DNA of 64,000 nucleotides from Dehalococcoidia bacterium. GTDB lineage: Bacteria > Chloroflexota > Dehalococcoidia > Lucifugimonadales > Australimonadaceae. Position 1 is the stretch's first letter. Each line of letters opens with the position of its first letter. The stretch covers positions 2,002,389 to 2,066,388 of the forward strand of contig OZ252088.1 of assembly GCA_965248065.1 (NCBI GenBank), written 5' to 3'. Under the pieces are notes generated by a model, which worked only from the letters and a program-made list of their open reading frames with translations, ran no database searches and had not been told where the DNA came from. Of this stretch, positions 55,795-64,000 are shown in pieces. The translations under genes and the position numbers were made by a program.

Positions 55795-57108
55795 CTACTC
55801 GCGTGGTTGACTACGTCCCCGCCTTTTTACAAAATCGCCTACCTGATCCAGCGGACCGATTCGGTCGCCCGCATCCTGAGGGGTAAGCCCGCCCTTGAAG
55901 TACTCTGGAGTAATATTCCTAAGGATAACTATTCTTTCTGCTTCAGGCAGACGATTTATGAACGGCCACAATAACATCAGTTCATTGGCTACACGTGAAA
56001 GGTCCTGCTCTCGCCGCCGGTGATGCCCTGACTGCTTAAGGGCGTAGGTTGCGAGTATCAATGACGAAAACACAATGCTATAGCGTCCAATGGTTGTGGC
56101 GATAGACAGCCCTACATCAGCAGACGTCCAAATATAATACAAAAAAATTCCTATTGCGACAAAGATTGAAAGGCCGAGCGCACTTACGCCAATCCAACGC
56201 CAAAAATTGGCGGCAGAGTTCTGTTCGTCACGCAATTGTTGGTAATGCACTGCCGTACTAGCATCGGCCACTTCTTCAAGCATAGTTCTGGCTAGCTCTT
56301 GCTGGTCCGCTATTTCGCTCTTGTTCGTTTCCAGCCATTCTTGATATTCTTCATGACGACGGGTTTGCGATTCCTCTCGCTGGGCCTGAGATGCCAAAAA
56401 CTCTTCATCGCGTGTGTTTTCGGATCTTCGGAAAGTATCGTGGAGGTCTATAAGTTCCTGGTGTAGGCGCAGGGCAGAGTCTCTCGACTCTTTCAGTAAA
56501 GCATCAGCTGTTTCTCTTATACTAGACAACGATTGATTTGTATTGCTTTCTGCCTCAGAAACGCGTTGGTTCATTGTCGCCTCGGACTGGGCGGCGAGAT
56601 GCTGGAAGTGGTCGATGGCTTCTTGCACCTGCTTACGGGCATCGGATATCTGAGAACGGATAGAATCCATGTTCTCTGTGAGCATAGCCCTTGAAGACGT
56701 TACCTCACTGTCGAATTGCTCGGCTGCCTTCCGAAGCACTTCCGGAGTGGTTCGAATAGGTAAGACAGGAAGTCCTACTGCAGCGATTAGAAGATTATCA
56801 ATATGATTATTTATAGATGGATAGTCTGGCTCATCAGATAATGGAATAGCAGCAACTTCATTAGTTGCATTTAGGAAGCGGCGAGACGGCTACGCGAGTT
56901 CATTAAGGATTTGTTCCGATACTAGATTCCGGTTCGCCAGTGTTAACCTGCTGAGTACATTCTTCCCCACTGCATCTAGCCGATCAACGAGGCCTATCAC
57001 GCGGTAATGCTTCCATTCCCGAGTCATCAGTTCGGGCAGCATCTCTACAGACTGCCTCAGATTTGATACAGCTTCCGAGTCACGTACCCTATCGTCGAAT
57101 TCGCTCAT
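55795..57108 (-). pseudogene. Low-GC coiled-coil protein with two C-terminal TM helices, interrupted by a single in-frame TAG (56890-56892)
   Basis: My translation shows ORF 56890..57108 and ORF 55795..56739 are one continuous frame (437 sense codons) apart from the TAG. The segment is AT-rich relative to its flanks. Confidence 0.5.
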
Positions 57109-57764
57109 GTTCTTTTTGCCTCAAACTAGGCTTCGCAGCAACGTATCATTGTAATGCGATAATAGTTTGGAACTGGCTAAGTACAGTACTATCGCCTCGC
57201 AAGAGCCCCCCCTACTGCCCTAGCGCGTTCGCGGGAGGGCGGCGTTCGCGCGAGTCTGCCAGCCGGGGCCGTCGGGCGAACCCGCGCCACACGGGCGTCG
57301 GAGTCGAGAGCAATGCCTCTGTTAATCGCCTCTTCCTCTTCCGGGGTCGGGCTGATGTGTCCGGGCTTAAGTGACGGCATGGCTGTCGCTTCCTCGCAAG
57401 CGTACAAACGATTCTACCACATACGGAGCGTCTCGCCCCATCTCTACATCATCCTGTGCATCGAAGCTGGGGGTGATCTTGTGACACGAGCCCCTTACCC
57501 GAACGCCACCTGTCCGCGTACGCTGTTCCGTACGCCTGAGTTCACCGCAGGCTGCTCCATGCACTGAAGCAGGCTTGGAGGTGGAATGAGCACGAATGAG
57601 CCTAAATGAGCCTTAAACAACAGAACAGGGCGTCTTCAACCCCTATAAGCGCTCGCTGGCAGGCGCTTCTCCCCGCCGGGGCTAGGAGTGGAATGGCGCT
57701 AAATGTCCCACAATGTCTCAGGTGCAAACGCGCCCATCCTGTGCATCCCTGTGAGCTATCGGGG

Positions 57765-59246
57765 TCAGCCCCCGTTGTGCGACGCCTTCCGCACGTCCTT
57801 GCGGACCTTCCCGTCGGCGGTGAAGAGCTGCGGCCACTGCGCGCGGAGCCCGGCGGCCTGCTCCTGCGTCGCGCGCGCCACGGGCGGGAACGTCGCGAGC
57901 CGATCGTACGGACGGCACGCGTCGATGATCATGCGGTTGTTATAGTAGCGCGGCCCCTCGTCTCCGGCGTACGCCATCGGGTCGAGCGACGTGCTCCACA
58001 TCCGCTTCACGATGTCGACATCCTCCGTCACTTCCGTGCGCGTGCAGAGCGCCCACAGCACCTCGTTCGTGTCCGTGGGGTCGATGTCGTCGTCGACAAC
58101 GATGACGAACCGGTTGGCGTACGCCCCCGCGTGTACGGCGGTCGTCGCGTGCCCCACCTGCTTCGCGTGGCCGGGGTACATCTGCTTGATGGAGATGACG
58201 TTCAGGAAGCGCCCCCCGCCGGCCTCATGCGACCACGCGCCAACGATGCCCGGCACCCCCGCGCGCTCCAACTCGTTCCAGAGCATCGCCGCGCGCAGCG
58301 GGCTGCGGAAGTACGTGTTGTCGTTCGGGGGCTTGCCCGGCAGGCAGCCCATCACGATGGGGTTGTTCCGCCAGTTGATGGACTTCACGTTGATGATGGG
58401 CATGTCGCGCTCGCCGCTGGCGTAGTAGCCCGTCCACTCGCCGAACGGCCCCTCCTGGTGGAACTGGTCCGGCGGGATCTCGCCCTCGATGACGATCTCG
58501 GACGTCGCGGGGACGGGCAGACCGGTGAGCGGCGCGGCAATCACGTCCAGCGGCTCGTTGCGGATGCCGCCCGCGACCGCGAACTCGTCCTCGCCGTAGT
58601 CGACCTCCAGCCCGCCGAGCAGCAGCAGCAGCGGGTCCTGCCCGAACGACACCGCGACCGGGCACGACTCGCCCTTCGCCCAGTACTTCTCGCGGATCAT
58701 GCGTCCGTGCTTGCCGGGCGAGATCATGATGCCGAGCGTGTTCTTGTCATGCACCTGCACGCGGTACGTGCCCGCGTTCACCCAGCCGGTGTCCGGGTCG
58801 CGCATGATGACGATGTTGCCGGTGCCCAGAAAGTTGCCGCCGTCCTCGGAGTGCCAGAACGGCGCGGGGAACTGCGTCACGTCCACCTCGCCGTCCTCCT
58901 GACGGTTGTCGAGCACCGGCCCGTCCTCAACCTGCCTCGGCGCGATGGGCGTGAATTCCTTGAGGCGGTCGCGCCACGTCTTGACGAACTCCTGCCGCGT
59001 CAGCTCGGTCGGGAGGTCGAGGCTCAGGCAGATGCGCGGGAGCGACGTGAGGACATTCGAGATGAGCCGGTAGCCCTCCGGGTGGCCCTTGATCTTCTCG
59101 AAGAGCAGGGCGGGGTTCTCCATGTCCCACTGGTAGAGGTCGGTGAGCCCGCCGATCTCCAGGTTGGGGTCGGCGCCCTCGATGCGGGTCAGCTCGCCCA
59201 TCTCCTCGATGCGCGCGATCCACTCACGCAGGTCCTGCACTGGCAT
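57765..59246 (-). CDS. UbiD-family (prFMN-dependent) decarboxylase
   Basis: MPVQDLREWIARIEEMGELTRIEG... is the typical UbiD N-terminus, and the length is ~493 aa. ATG follows AGGAGG. Confidence 0.9.
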   Translation of the reverse strand: MPVQDLREWIARIEEMGELTRIEGADPNLEIGGLTDLYQWDMENPALLFEKIKGHPEGYRLISNVLTSLPRICLSLDLPTELTRQEFVKTWRDRLKEFTPIAPRQVEDGPVLDNRQEDGEVDVTQFPAPFWHSEDGGNFLGTGNIVIMRDPDTGWVNAGTYRVQVHDKNTLGIMISPGKHGRMIREKYWAKGESCPVAVSFGQDPLLLLLGGLEVDYGEDEFAVAGGIRNEPLDVIAAPLTGLPVPATSEIVIEGEIPPDQFHQEGPFGEWTGYYASGERDMPIINVKSINWRNNPIVMGCLPGKPPNDNTYFRSPLRAAMLWNELERAGVPGIVGAWSHEAGGGRFLNVISIKQMYPGHAKQVGHATTAVHAGAYANRFVIVVDDDIDPTDTNEVLWALCTRTEVTEDVDIVKRMWSTSLDPMAYAGDEGPRYYNNRMIIDACRPYDRLATFPPVARATQEQAAGLRAQWPQLFTADGKVRKDVRKASHNGG

Positions 59247-59256
59247 GTCGGCCTCC

Positions 59257-59703
59257 TTAGCTGCCCAGCTCCGCCGCAATGTTCCGGCTGAACTCGACGC
59301 GGGTCTCTTCCGCCTTGCGCTTCACTACCGTGTTCCCGAGCGTCGCAAGTCTACCGAACAGGTTGAAGTCAAGCTCGTAGCTGACCTCGGTCCGGTCCGC
59401 CGACGGCTCACTTAACTCGAGCGCGAGCCTATTGATGCGGAGCCTGTTGCCCATGCGGTCCTTCCCTCCGCCCGAGACGACGATGCGCCGCCCCTGCTCG
59501 ACCTCGTCGACGGCCATGTCGATGTCCATAGCGACTTGGAAAGGGCCAACCTTCTGGACCAACCGCGCCCTGTACGTGGAGTCGCCGGTCGTCTCGATGC
59601 TCTCGCAGCCGGGCAGACAGCGGGCCACGCGCGGCAGGTCCCAGAAGAACGCCCACGTCTCATCCGCCGAGGCGCTCACGGCGAAATTGTCCGCTAGCTC
59701 CAC
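59257..59703 (-). CDS. CoxG/SRPBCC-family protein
   Basis: The GTG start overlaps the upstream stop (TAGTG). ETWAFFWDLPRVARCLPGCES... is the CoxG pattern. Confidence 0.65.
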   Translation of the reverse strand: MELADNFAVSASADETWAFFWDLPRVARCLPGCESIETTGDSTYRARLVQKVGPFQVAMDIDMAVDEVEQGRRIVVSGGGKDRMGNRLRINRLALELSEPSADRTEVSYELDFNLFGRLATLGNTVVKRKAEETRVEFSRNIAAELGS

Positions 59704-60164
59704 TAGCCCTTGCCCCGGGCGGCGGCCTCGACCGACCGCAGTATGCCCGCATACCCGGTGCAACGGCAGATGTTGCCGCCCATGTACCGGATGATCTCCT
59801 CCCGGCTTGGGCTGGGGTTCTCGTCGAGGAGCGCCTTCGCGAGGAGAATCATCCCCGGCGTGCAGTAGCCGCACTGCAGCCCGAAGTTGTCGACGAAGGC
59901 TTGCTGTATCGGGTGCAGGCCATCGGCCGGCGTGAGGCCCTCGATCGTCACGACGTCATGCCCATAGGCCTGGCCCGCCAGAAGACTGCACGAGCTCGCG
60001 GCGCGACCGTCGAGGAGGACGGTGCAGGCCCCGCAGACGCCGCTATGACAGTATTCCTTGGTCCCCTTCAAGCCGAGACAGTCGCGGAGCAGGTCGAGCA
60101 GCGTCGTGGACGGGGGAACGTCCATGCTGCGGGCAGCGCCGTTCACCGTGAGCTCTAGGCGCAC
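59703..60164 (-). CDS. (2Fe-2S)-binding small subunit of a Mo-hydroxylase (CoxS-like)
   Basis: Cys clusters CHSGVCGACTV and CGYCTPG...CRCTGY. Confidence 0.9.
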   Translation of the reverse strand: MRLELTVNGAARSMDVPPSTTLLDLLRDCLGLKGTKEYCHSGVCGACTVLLDGRAASSCSLLAGQAYGHDVVTIEGLTPADGLHPIQQAFVDNFGLQCGYCTPGMILLAKALLDENPSPSREEIIRYMGGNICRCTGYAGILRSVEAAARGKG

Positions 60165-60166
60165 GC

Positions 60167-62485
60167 CTACTCCTTCCCCGCCGCGTCCAGCGCTCCCAAC
60201 ACCTTGTACGGGAGCAGCGGAATGTCGTGGAACAGGACGCCCGTCGCGTCGTACACCGCGTTCACGACAGCGCCGGGCAGGATAACGGCGCCGATCTCGC
60301 CCATGCCCTTAGCGCCGAAGGGGCCCCCCTCGAAGGGGTGATCGACCAGCTCGGACGCGTAGCTGGGCATCGTTTCCATGGTGGGGAGCGGATAGTCCAA
60401 GAGCGCGGAGTTGATGAGCTGGCCGCCGTCGTCCCAGACCATCTGCTCGAAGAGCGTAGGCCCGAGCTCCTGACCGACCCCTCCCTCCAGCTGCGTTTCG
60501 ATGGAGTGCGGGTTCACGGCAGTGCCCGTGGTTGCGGCCGCAGCGGCCTTGACCAAACGCACTTGCCCAGTCTCCGTATCGACCTCCACCTCCGCCGCAC
60601 ACGATGCGAACGTCCAGAATGTCGAGGCAATCGGATAGTCTTTGCCGTCCGGCGCGCGGTACGTGCCGCCAACGACGCACTCCCCGGTCGCGGCCAACGG
60701 CTCCCCAACATGGCGAACGAGCTCCGACAGGCTGACGCCGGCGCCGTCCCCATCCGGCCCAACGACGCCCTCGCCGCTGACCGTCAGCTCGGAAGCCTCG
60801 CGTTCGAGCAGATGCGAGGCGGCCTCGACGATCTGCTGCTTGACCTTTCCAGCGGCTTCGACGACCGCGACGCCCATGTGGTACGTCGACCGACTCGCCG
60901 TCGTCGAGCTGTCGACGGGGACGCGGCCGGTGTCGCTGTGGACGATTCGTATCGAGTCGAGACCGACTCCCAGCGCGTCGCCTGCTATCTGCGCCATCGC
61001 GGTGTCGGACCCCTGGCCGATGTTCACCGTCCCGATGCGCGTCTCGAAGACGCCATCCTCGCCGAGGACGATCTCGGCGCTGTTCTCGGACATCTGCCGC
61101 GGGGGAGTGAGCGTGTACTTGATGGTGCAGGAGACTCCGCGCCCGCGCAGCGTCTTGCCGTCCGGCGAGGGAGCGAGCGGTTCGCCCCAGCCAATCGCCG
61201 CGGCTGCTCTGTCGAGGCACTCGTGGGCGTGCGCCGACCGCAGGTAGTCGCCCGTGATGTGGATATCGCCGTCTCGGACCAGATTCTTTCGCCGTATTTC
61301 GAGGCGGTCGATGCCGAGGTCCCGCGCGATGCGGTCGAGCTGGGCCTCGTAGGACATGGTGTGTTGCGTCGTCGGAAGGCCGCGATACGGCGCGGACGGA
61401 GGCTTGTTCGTGTAGACGGCGTAGCAGTCGGCGCGCGCGTGGGGGACCTTGTAAGGGCCGGTCGCCACCTTGAGGGTATTGTTCGCGCTGCGGGCGCCGC
61501 TGATGGCGTACGCCCCGACGTCCACGTAGAAGGTGTTGTGCCGCGCCACGATCGTGCCGTCGCGCTTCACGCCTGTTCTCATGCGGTTGGCGTAGGCGGG
61601 GCGGAGGTAGGTCAGGAACGTCTCCTCTTGGGTGAAGACGTAGCGCACCGGCCTGCCGGCAAGCTTGGCTGCCGCTGTGATGACGCACTCGATGCGGTCC
61701 CTGCTCTTGCTGCCGAACCCGCCGCCGACGTACGGCACGATGACCCGCGCGGGCATCTTGAAGATGCGCTCAAGCTCGCGGCTGAGTGGGAAGGGCGACT
61801 GGCAGTTCGTCCAGACCGTAATCCGACCGTCGTCGACCTGGGAGATCACTGCATGCAGGTCGAGCGCGCAATGCTGGACGGGCGGCGCTGAGAACTCGTC
61901 CTCGTAGATGAGATCAGCCTCCGCAAACCCCTGCTCCACGTCGCCGCGCGCCAGCGTCGCCCGGTGACAGATGTTCGTGCCTTCCACCGGACGCAGCTCC
62001 GGCGCGATGGGGAAGAACTCCTCGTGGACGCGCGATGCTCCTTCCGCCAGCGCAGCGCTCACGTCCATCACGGCAGGAAGCTCGTCGTATTCGACATCCA
62101 CCTGCTCGGCGCCCGCCTCCGCTGTGGCGATGTCTTCCGCGACCACGACGGCCACGATATCGCCGTGGTGTCTGACCTTGTCCATCGCCACGAGAGGAGC
62201 GTCCCGGTAGACGAACCCATACATCTTCTCGATGTCCGGATCGGCCCAAATCTCGTCGCGGGTCAGAACGCAGATGACGCCCGGCAGCGCGCGGGCGGCG
62301 GACGCGTCGATGGAAACGATACGCGCGTGGGGCAATGGACTGCGGACGACTTTCGCGTGCGCCATGCCCGGCACGACGAGGTCGCCCATGTACTCGGTCC
62401 GCCCCGCCGCCTTCTCAGCGGCTTCGAGGGTCGGCATCGAGGTTCCGACGAGACGCGTTACTCTTGGGCCCGTTGCAGCGCACAT
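60167..62485 (-). CDS. Xanthine dehydrogenase/CoxL-family molybdopterin-binding large subunit
   Basis: 772 aa. Shares family pattern and order (M-L-S) with its neighbours. Confidence 0.9.
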   Translation of the reverse strand: MCAATGPRVTRLVGTSMPTLEAAEKAAGRTEYMGDLVVPGMAHAKVVRSPLPHARIVSIDASAARALPGVICVLTRDEIWADPDIEKMYGFVYRDAPLVAMDKVRHHGDIVAVVVAEDIATAEAGAEQVDVEYDELPAVMDVSAALAEGASRVHEEFFPIAPELRPVEGTNICHRATLARGDVEQGFAEADLIYEDEFSAPPVQHCALDLHAVISQVDDGRITVWTNCQSPFPLSRELERIFKMPARVIVPYVGGGFGSKSRDRIECVITAAAKLAGRPVRYVFTQEETFLTYLRPAYANRMRTGVKRDGTIVARHNTFYVDVGAYAISGARSANNTLKVATGPYKVPHARADCYAVYTNKPPSAPYRGLPTTQHTMSYEAQLDRIARDLGIDRLEIRRKNLVRDGDIHITGDYLRSAHAHECLDRAAAAIGWGEPLAPSPDGKTLRGRGVSCTIKYTLTPPRQMSENSAEIVLGEDGVFETRIGTVNIGQGSDTAMAQIAGDALGVGLDSIRIVHSDTGRVPVDSSTTASRSTYHMGVAVVEAAGKVKQQIVEAASHLLEREASELTVSGEGVVGPDGDGAGVSLSELVRHVGEPLAATGECVVGGTYRAPDGKDYPIASTFWTFASCAAEVEVDTETGQVRLVKAAAAATTGTAVNPHSIETQLEGGVGQELGPTLFEQMVWDDGGQLINSALLDYPLPTMETMPSYASELVDHPFEGGPFGAKGMGEIGAVILPGAVVNAVYDATGVLFHDIPLLPYKVLGALDAAGKE

Positions 62486-63321
62486 GTCAGTGCTCGCTCC
62501 ACCAACACTTTCGTGATCCTACGCTTGTACCAGACCGGCCCCCGTAGGTCTTCGATGGGGTCGGTCTCCTCGGCGGCGGCGGCGGCGGCCTCCGCCACCC
62601 GCGCCGGGGACGGGACATCCCCGACAAGTCCGGCGAGGGCCTGAGCGACAACAGGCACTGGCCCCGTAGCGCCCATGACGACGCGAGCCGCGCTGCATAC
62701 TCCGGAAGAGGCATCCACCGTCACCAACGCGGACGCGTTCGCAACCGGCTTGTTCTCCGGAGAGCCAACGGTGAACTTGAGATGGCTCCCGCCGGAGCCG
62801 GGCGCCGGACGCGGCGCATCGATTCCCGCCACCAGCTCCCCCGGACGCAGGACCGTCTCGTACGGTCCCAGGTAGAACTCCTCGATCGGCGCCGCGCGGC
62901 TGCCCTCGGGCCCTGCGATGCGGACCGAGGCCCCGAGCGCCGTCAATGCGGTGGGCGTGTCCGTCTGCGGCTCGCCGTAAGCCACCGCTCCGCCGACGGT
63001 CGCGACGTTCCTGACGCGCACGTTGGCGACCTGCGACGCGGCCTCCGCCAGAAGCCCGTAGTCGCGCCGGATGTCGGGATCCAGCTCCAGCGTGCGGATT
63101 CGCGTGAGCGCGCCAATGCGCAGGCTGCCGTTCTGCTCGATTCCGTTCAGCTCCTCGACGCCCCCCAAATCAACGACGTACTCCGGTCGTACGACGCCGA
63201 GCTCCAGCATTACGACCGCGGCGCTGCCCCCGCCGAGGACGAGGGATCTGTCCGCGTGTTCGGCCAGGAACTTGGTCGCTTCAGCGACGGTGGCGGGCCG
63301 GACGTACTCGAAGGGCTGCAT
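62458..63321 (-). CDS. FAD-binding medium subunit of a Mo-hydroxylase (CoxM-like)
   Basis: MQPFEYVRPATVAEATKFLAEH...GGGSAAVVMLELG is the PCMH-type FAD domain. Confidence 0.85.
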   Translation of the reverse strand: MQPFEYVRPATVAEATKFLAEHADRSLVLGGGSAAVVMLELGVVRPEYVVDLGGVEELNGIEQNGSLRIGALTRIRTLELDPDIRRDYGLLAEAASQVANVRVRNVATVGGAVAYGEPQTDTPTALTALGASVRIAGPEGSRAAPIEEFYLGPYETVLRPGELVAGIDAPRPAPGSGGSHLKFTVGSPENKPVANASALVTVDASSGVCSAARVVMGATGPVPVVAQALAGLVGDVPSPARVAEAAAAAAEETDPIEDLRGPVWYKRRITKVLVERALTCALQRAQE

Positions 63322-63325
63322 AGTG

Positions 63326-64000
63326 TTAGGCCGACTTCCGGATGACATCCTCGGCAAAGCTGAGGAGGTACTCCTTGCGCGCTTCGAGCGTCTTCGGCAG
63401 GTTGTAGAAGGTCATGCCCACGTAGCTGACGCCTTGCTCCGTGAGCCGGTCGAACTGCTCCAGACAGTCGCCGCTATTCCCGGCCACCGCCCAGTCGTCG
63501 ACCTTGGAATCGCTGTCTATGTTGATCCGCACCATCGTGTCCTCCTGCATGTTCCAGGTGCTGTACATGCGGTAAGAGGACTCGGCGACGGCCTGCGCCT
63601 CGGCGATAGCGCTTGGACGGTCCTTGGCGAAAGCCACGCCCCGCGAGACGGTCACGCGTCCGGCCGGCTGGCCGCTCGCCTCGCGCTCCTCTCGATAGAC
63701 GCCGATGAGCGCCGGAAGGTCGTCAAACCCAACCTGAGGAGCGATGTAGCAGGCGTCGGCGATACGAGCCGAGCGACGGACAGCGCCGTCGCTCTGGCAA
63801 GCTATCCAGATGGGGGGATGCGGCTGCTGGACTGGCAGGAACCCCATGCGGGCCTCGTGGACGCTCCAGTAGCGGCCCTCGTGGTTGACCTCCTCGCCGG
63901 ACCACAGCTTCTTCATCAGCTCGATGGACTCGGTGAGGCGCGGCGCGCGGTCCTTCCTGGTCGCGCCGACGGCCTCGAGCTCGGCCTCCCGGTACCCGAT
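63326..64000 (-). CDS. Luciferase-like (LLM class) flavin-dependent oxidoreductase, N-terminus beyond the window
   Basis: LMKKLWSGEEVNHEGRYWSV...PPIWIA is the LLM pattern. The frame stays open to position 64000. Confidence 0.8.
   Translation of the reverse strand: MGYREAELEAVGATRKDRAPRLTESIELMKKLWSGEEVNHEGRYWSVHEARMGFLPVQQPHPPIWIACQSDGAVRRSARIADACYIAPQVGFDDLPALIGVYREEREASGQPAGRVTVSRGVAFAKDRPSAIAEAQAVAESSYRMYSTWNMQEDTMVRINIDSDSKVDDWAVAGNSGDCLEQFDRLTEQGVSYVGMTFYNLPKTLEARKEYLLSFAEDVIRKSA

Overview
High-GC (roughly 65%) bacterial chromosomal segment. No database search was possible, so every family call rests on my own reading of the translations, conserved motifs and nucleotide repeats. Three parts are visible. 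(1) 1-19.6 kb and 38-64 kb are ordinary metabolic and catabolic genes: a Rieske oxygenase, four ACMSD-type amidohydrolases, three class II aldolases, two Mo-hydroxylase large subunits with FAD, 2Fe-2S and CoxG partners, UbiD, a bicupin, an FGGY kinase, and MFS and EamA transporters. An IS30 element and a two-module palindromic REP-like repeat family are scattered through these regions. (2) About 19.98-37.91 kb is a roughly 17.9 kb integrated element next to a tRNA-Met(CAT) gene. It is bounded by a 15-21 bp direct repeat of the tRNA 3' end with 19-23 bp inverted repeats just inside. It carries a large serine recombinase, HicAB, a CARDB lipoprotein, an excisionase-like HTH protein and a replication-relaxation-like protein. 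It also carries the most interesting locus in the window, a tightly packed minus-strand operon. That operon is DUF6088/AbiEi-like wHTH, then a ~1370 aa N6-adenine methyltransferase, then a low-GC cassette (unknown ORF, HNH nuclease, 93 aa ORF, DUF4926), then a PLD-nuclease/SNF2-helicase. A divergently transcribed HEPN (Rx4H) protein lies at the island edge. The operon resembles DISARM class 1 and BREX only in parts (no DrmA/DrmB, no PglZ/BrxC), so I treat it as an unclassified methylation-plus-translocase/nuclease defence candidate. (3) 15.3-16.6 kb looks like a decayed sibling element: a recombinase C-terminal remnant, a retropepsin-like two-gene module and a second, imperfect tRNA-Met-like copy. 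Caveat: four genes carry frameshifts (MTase, PLD/SNF2, replication-relaxation-like gene, a lipoprotein) and two carry single in-frame stops. One is a TGA at the conserved zinc-ligand Cys of a MetE-like gene and the other is a TAG in a low-GC membrane protein gene. The lesions cluster in accessory genes, which suggests real decay, but assembly indels cannot be excluded from sequence alone. Many long ORFs in the supplied track are antisense shadows typical of high-GC DNA and were not called.
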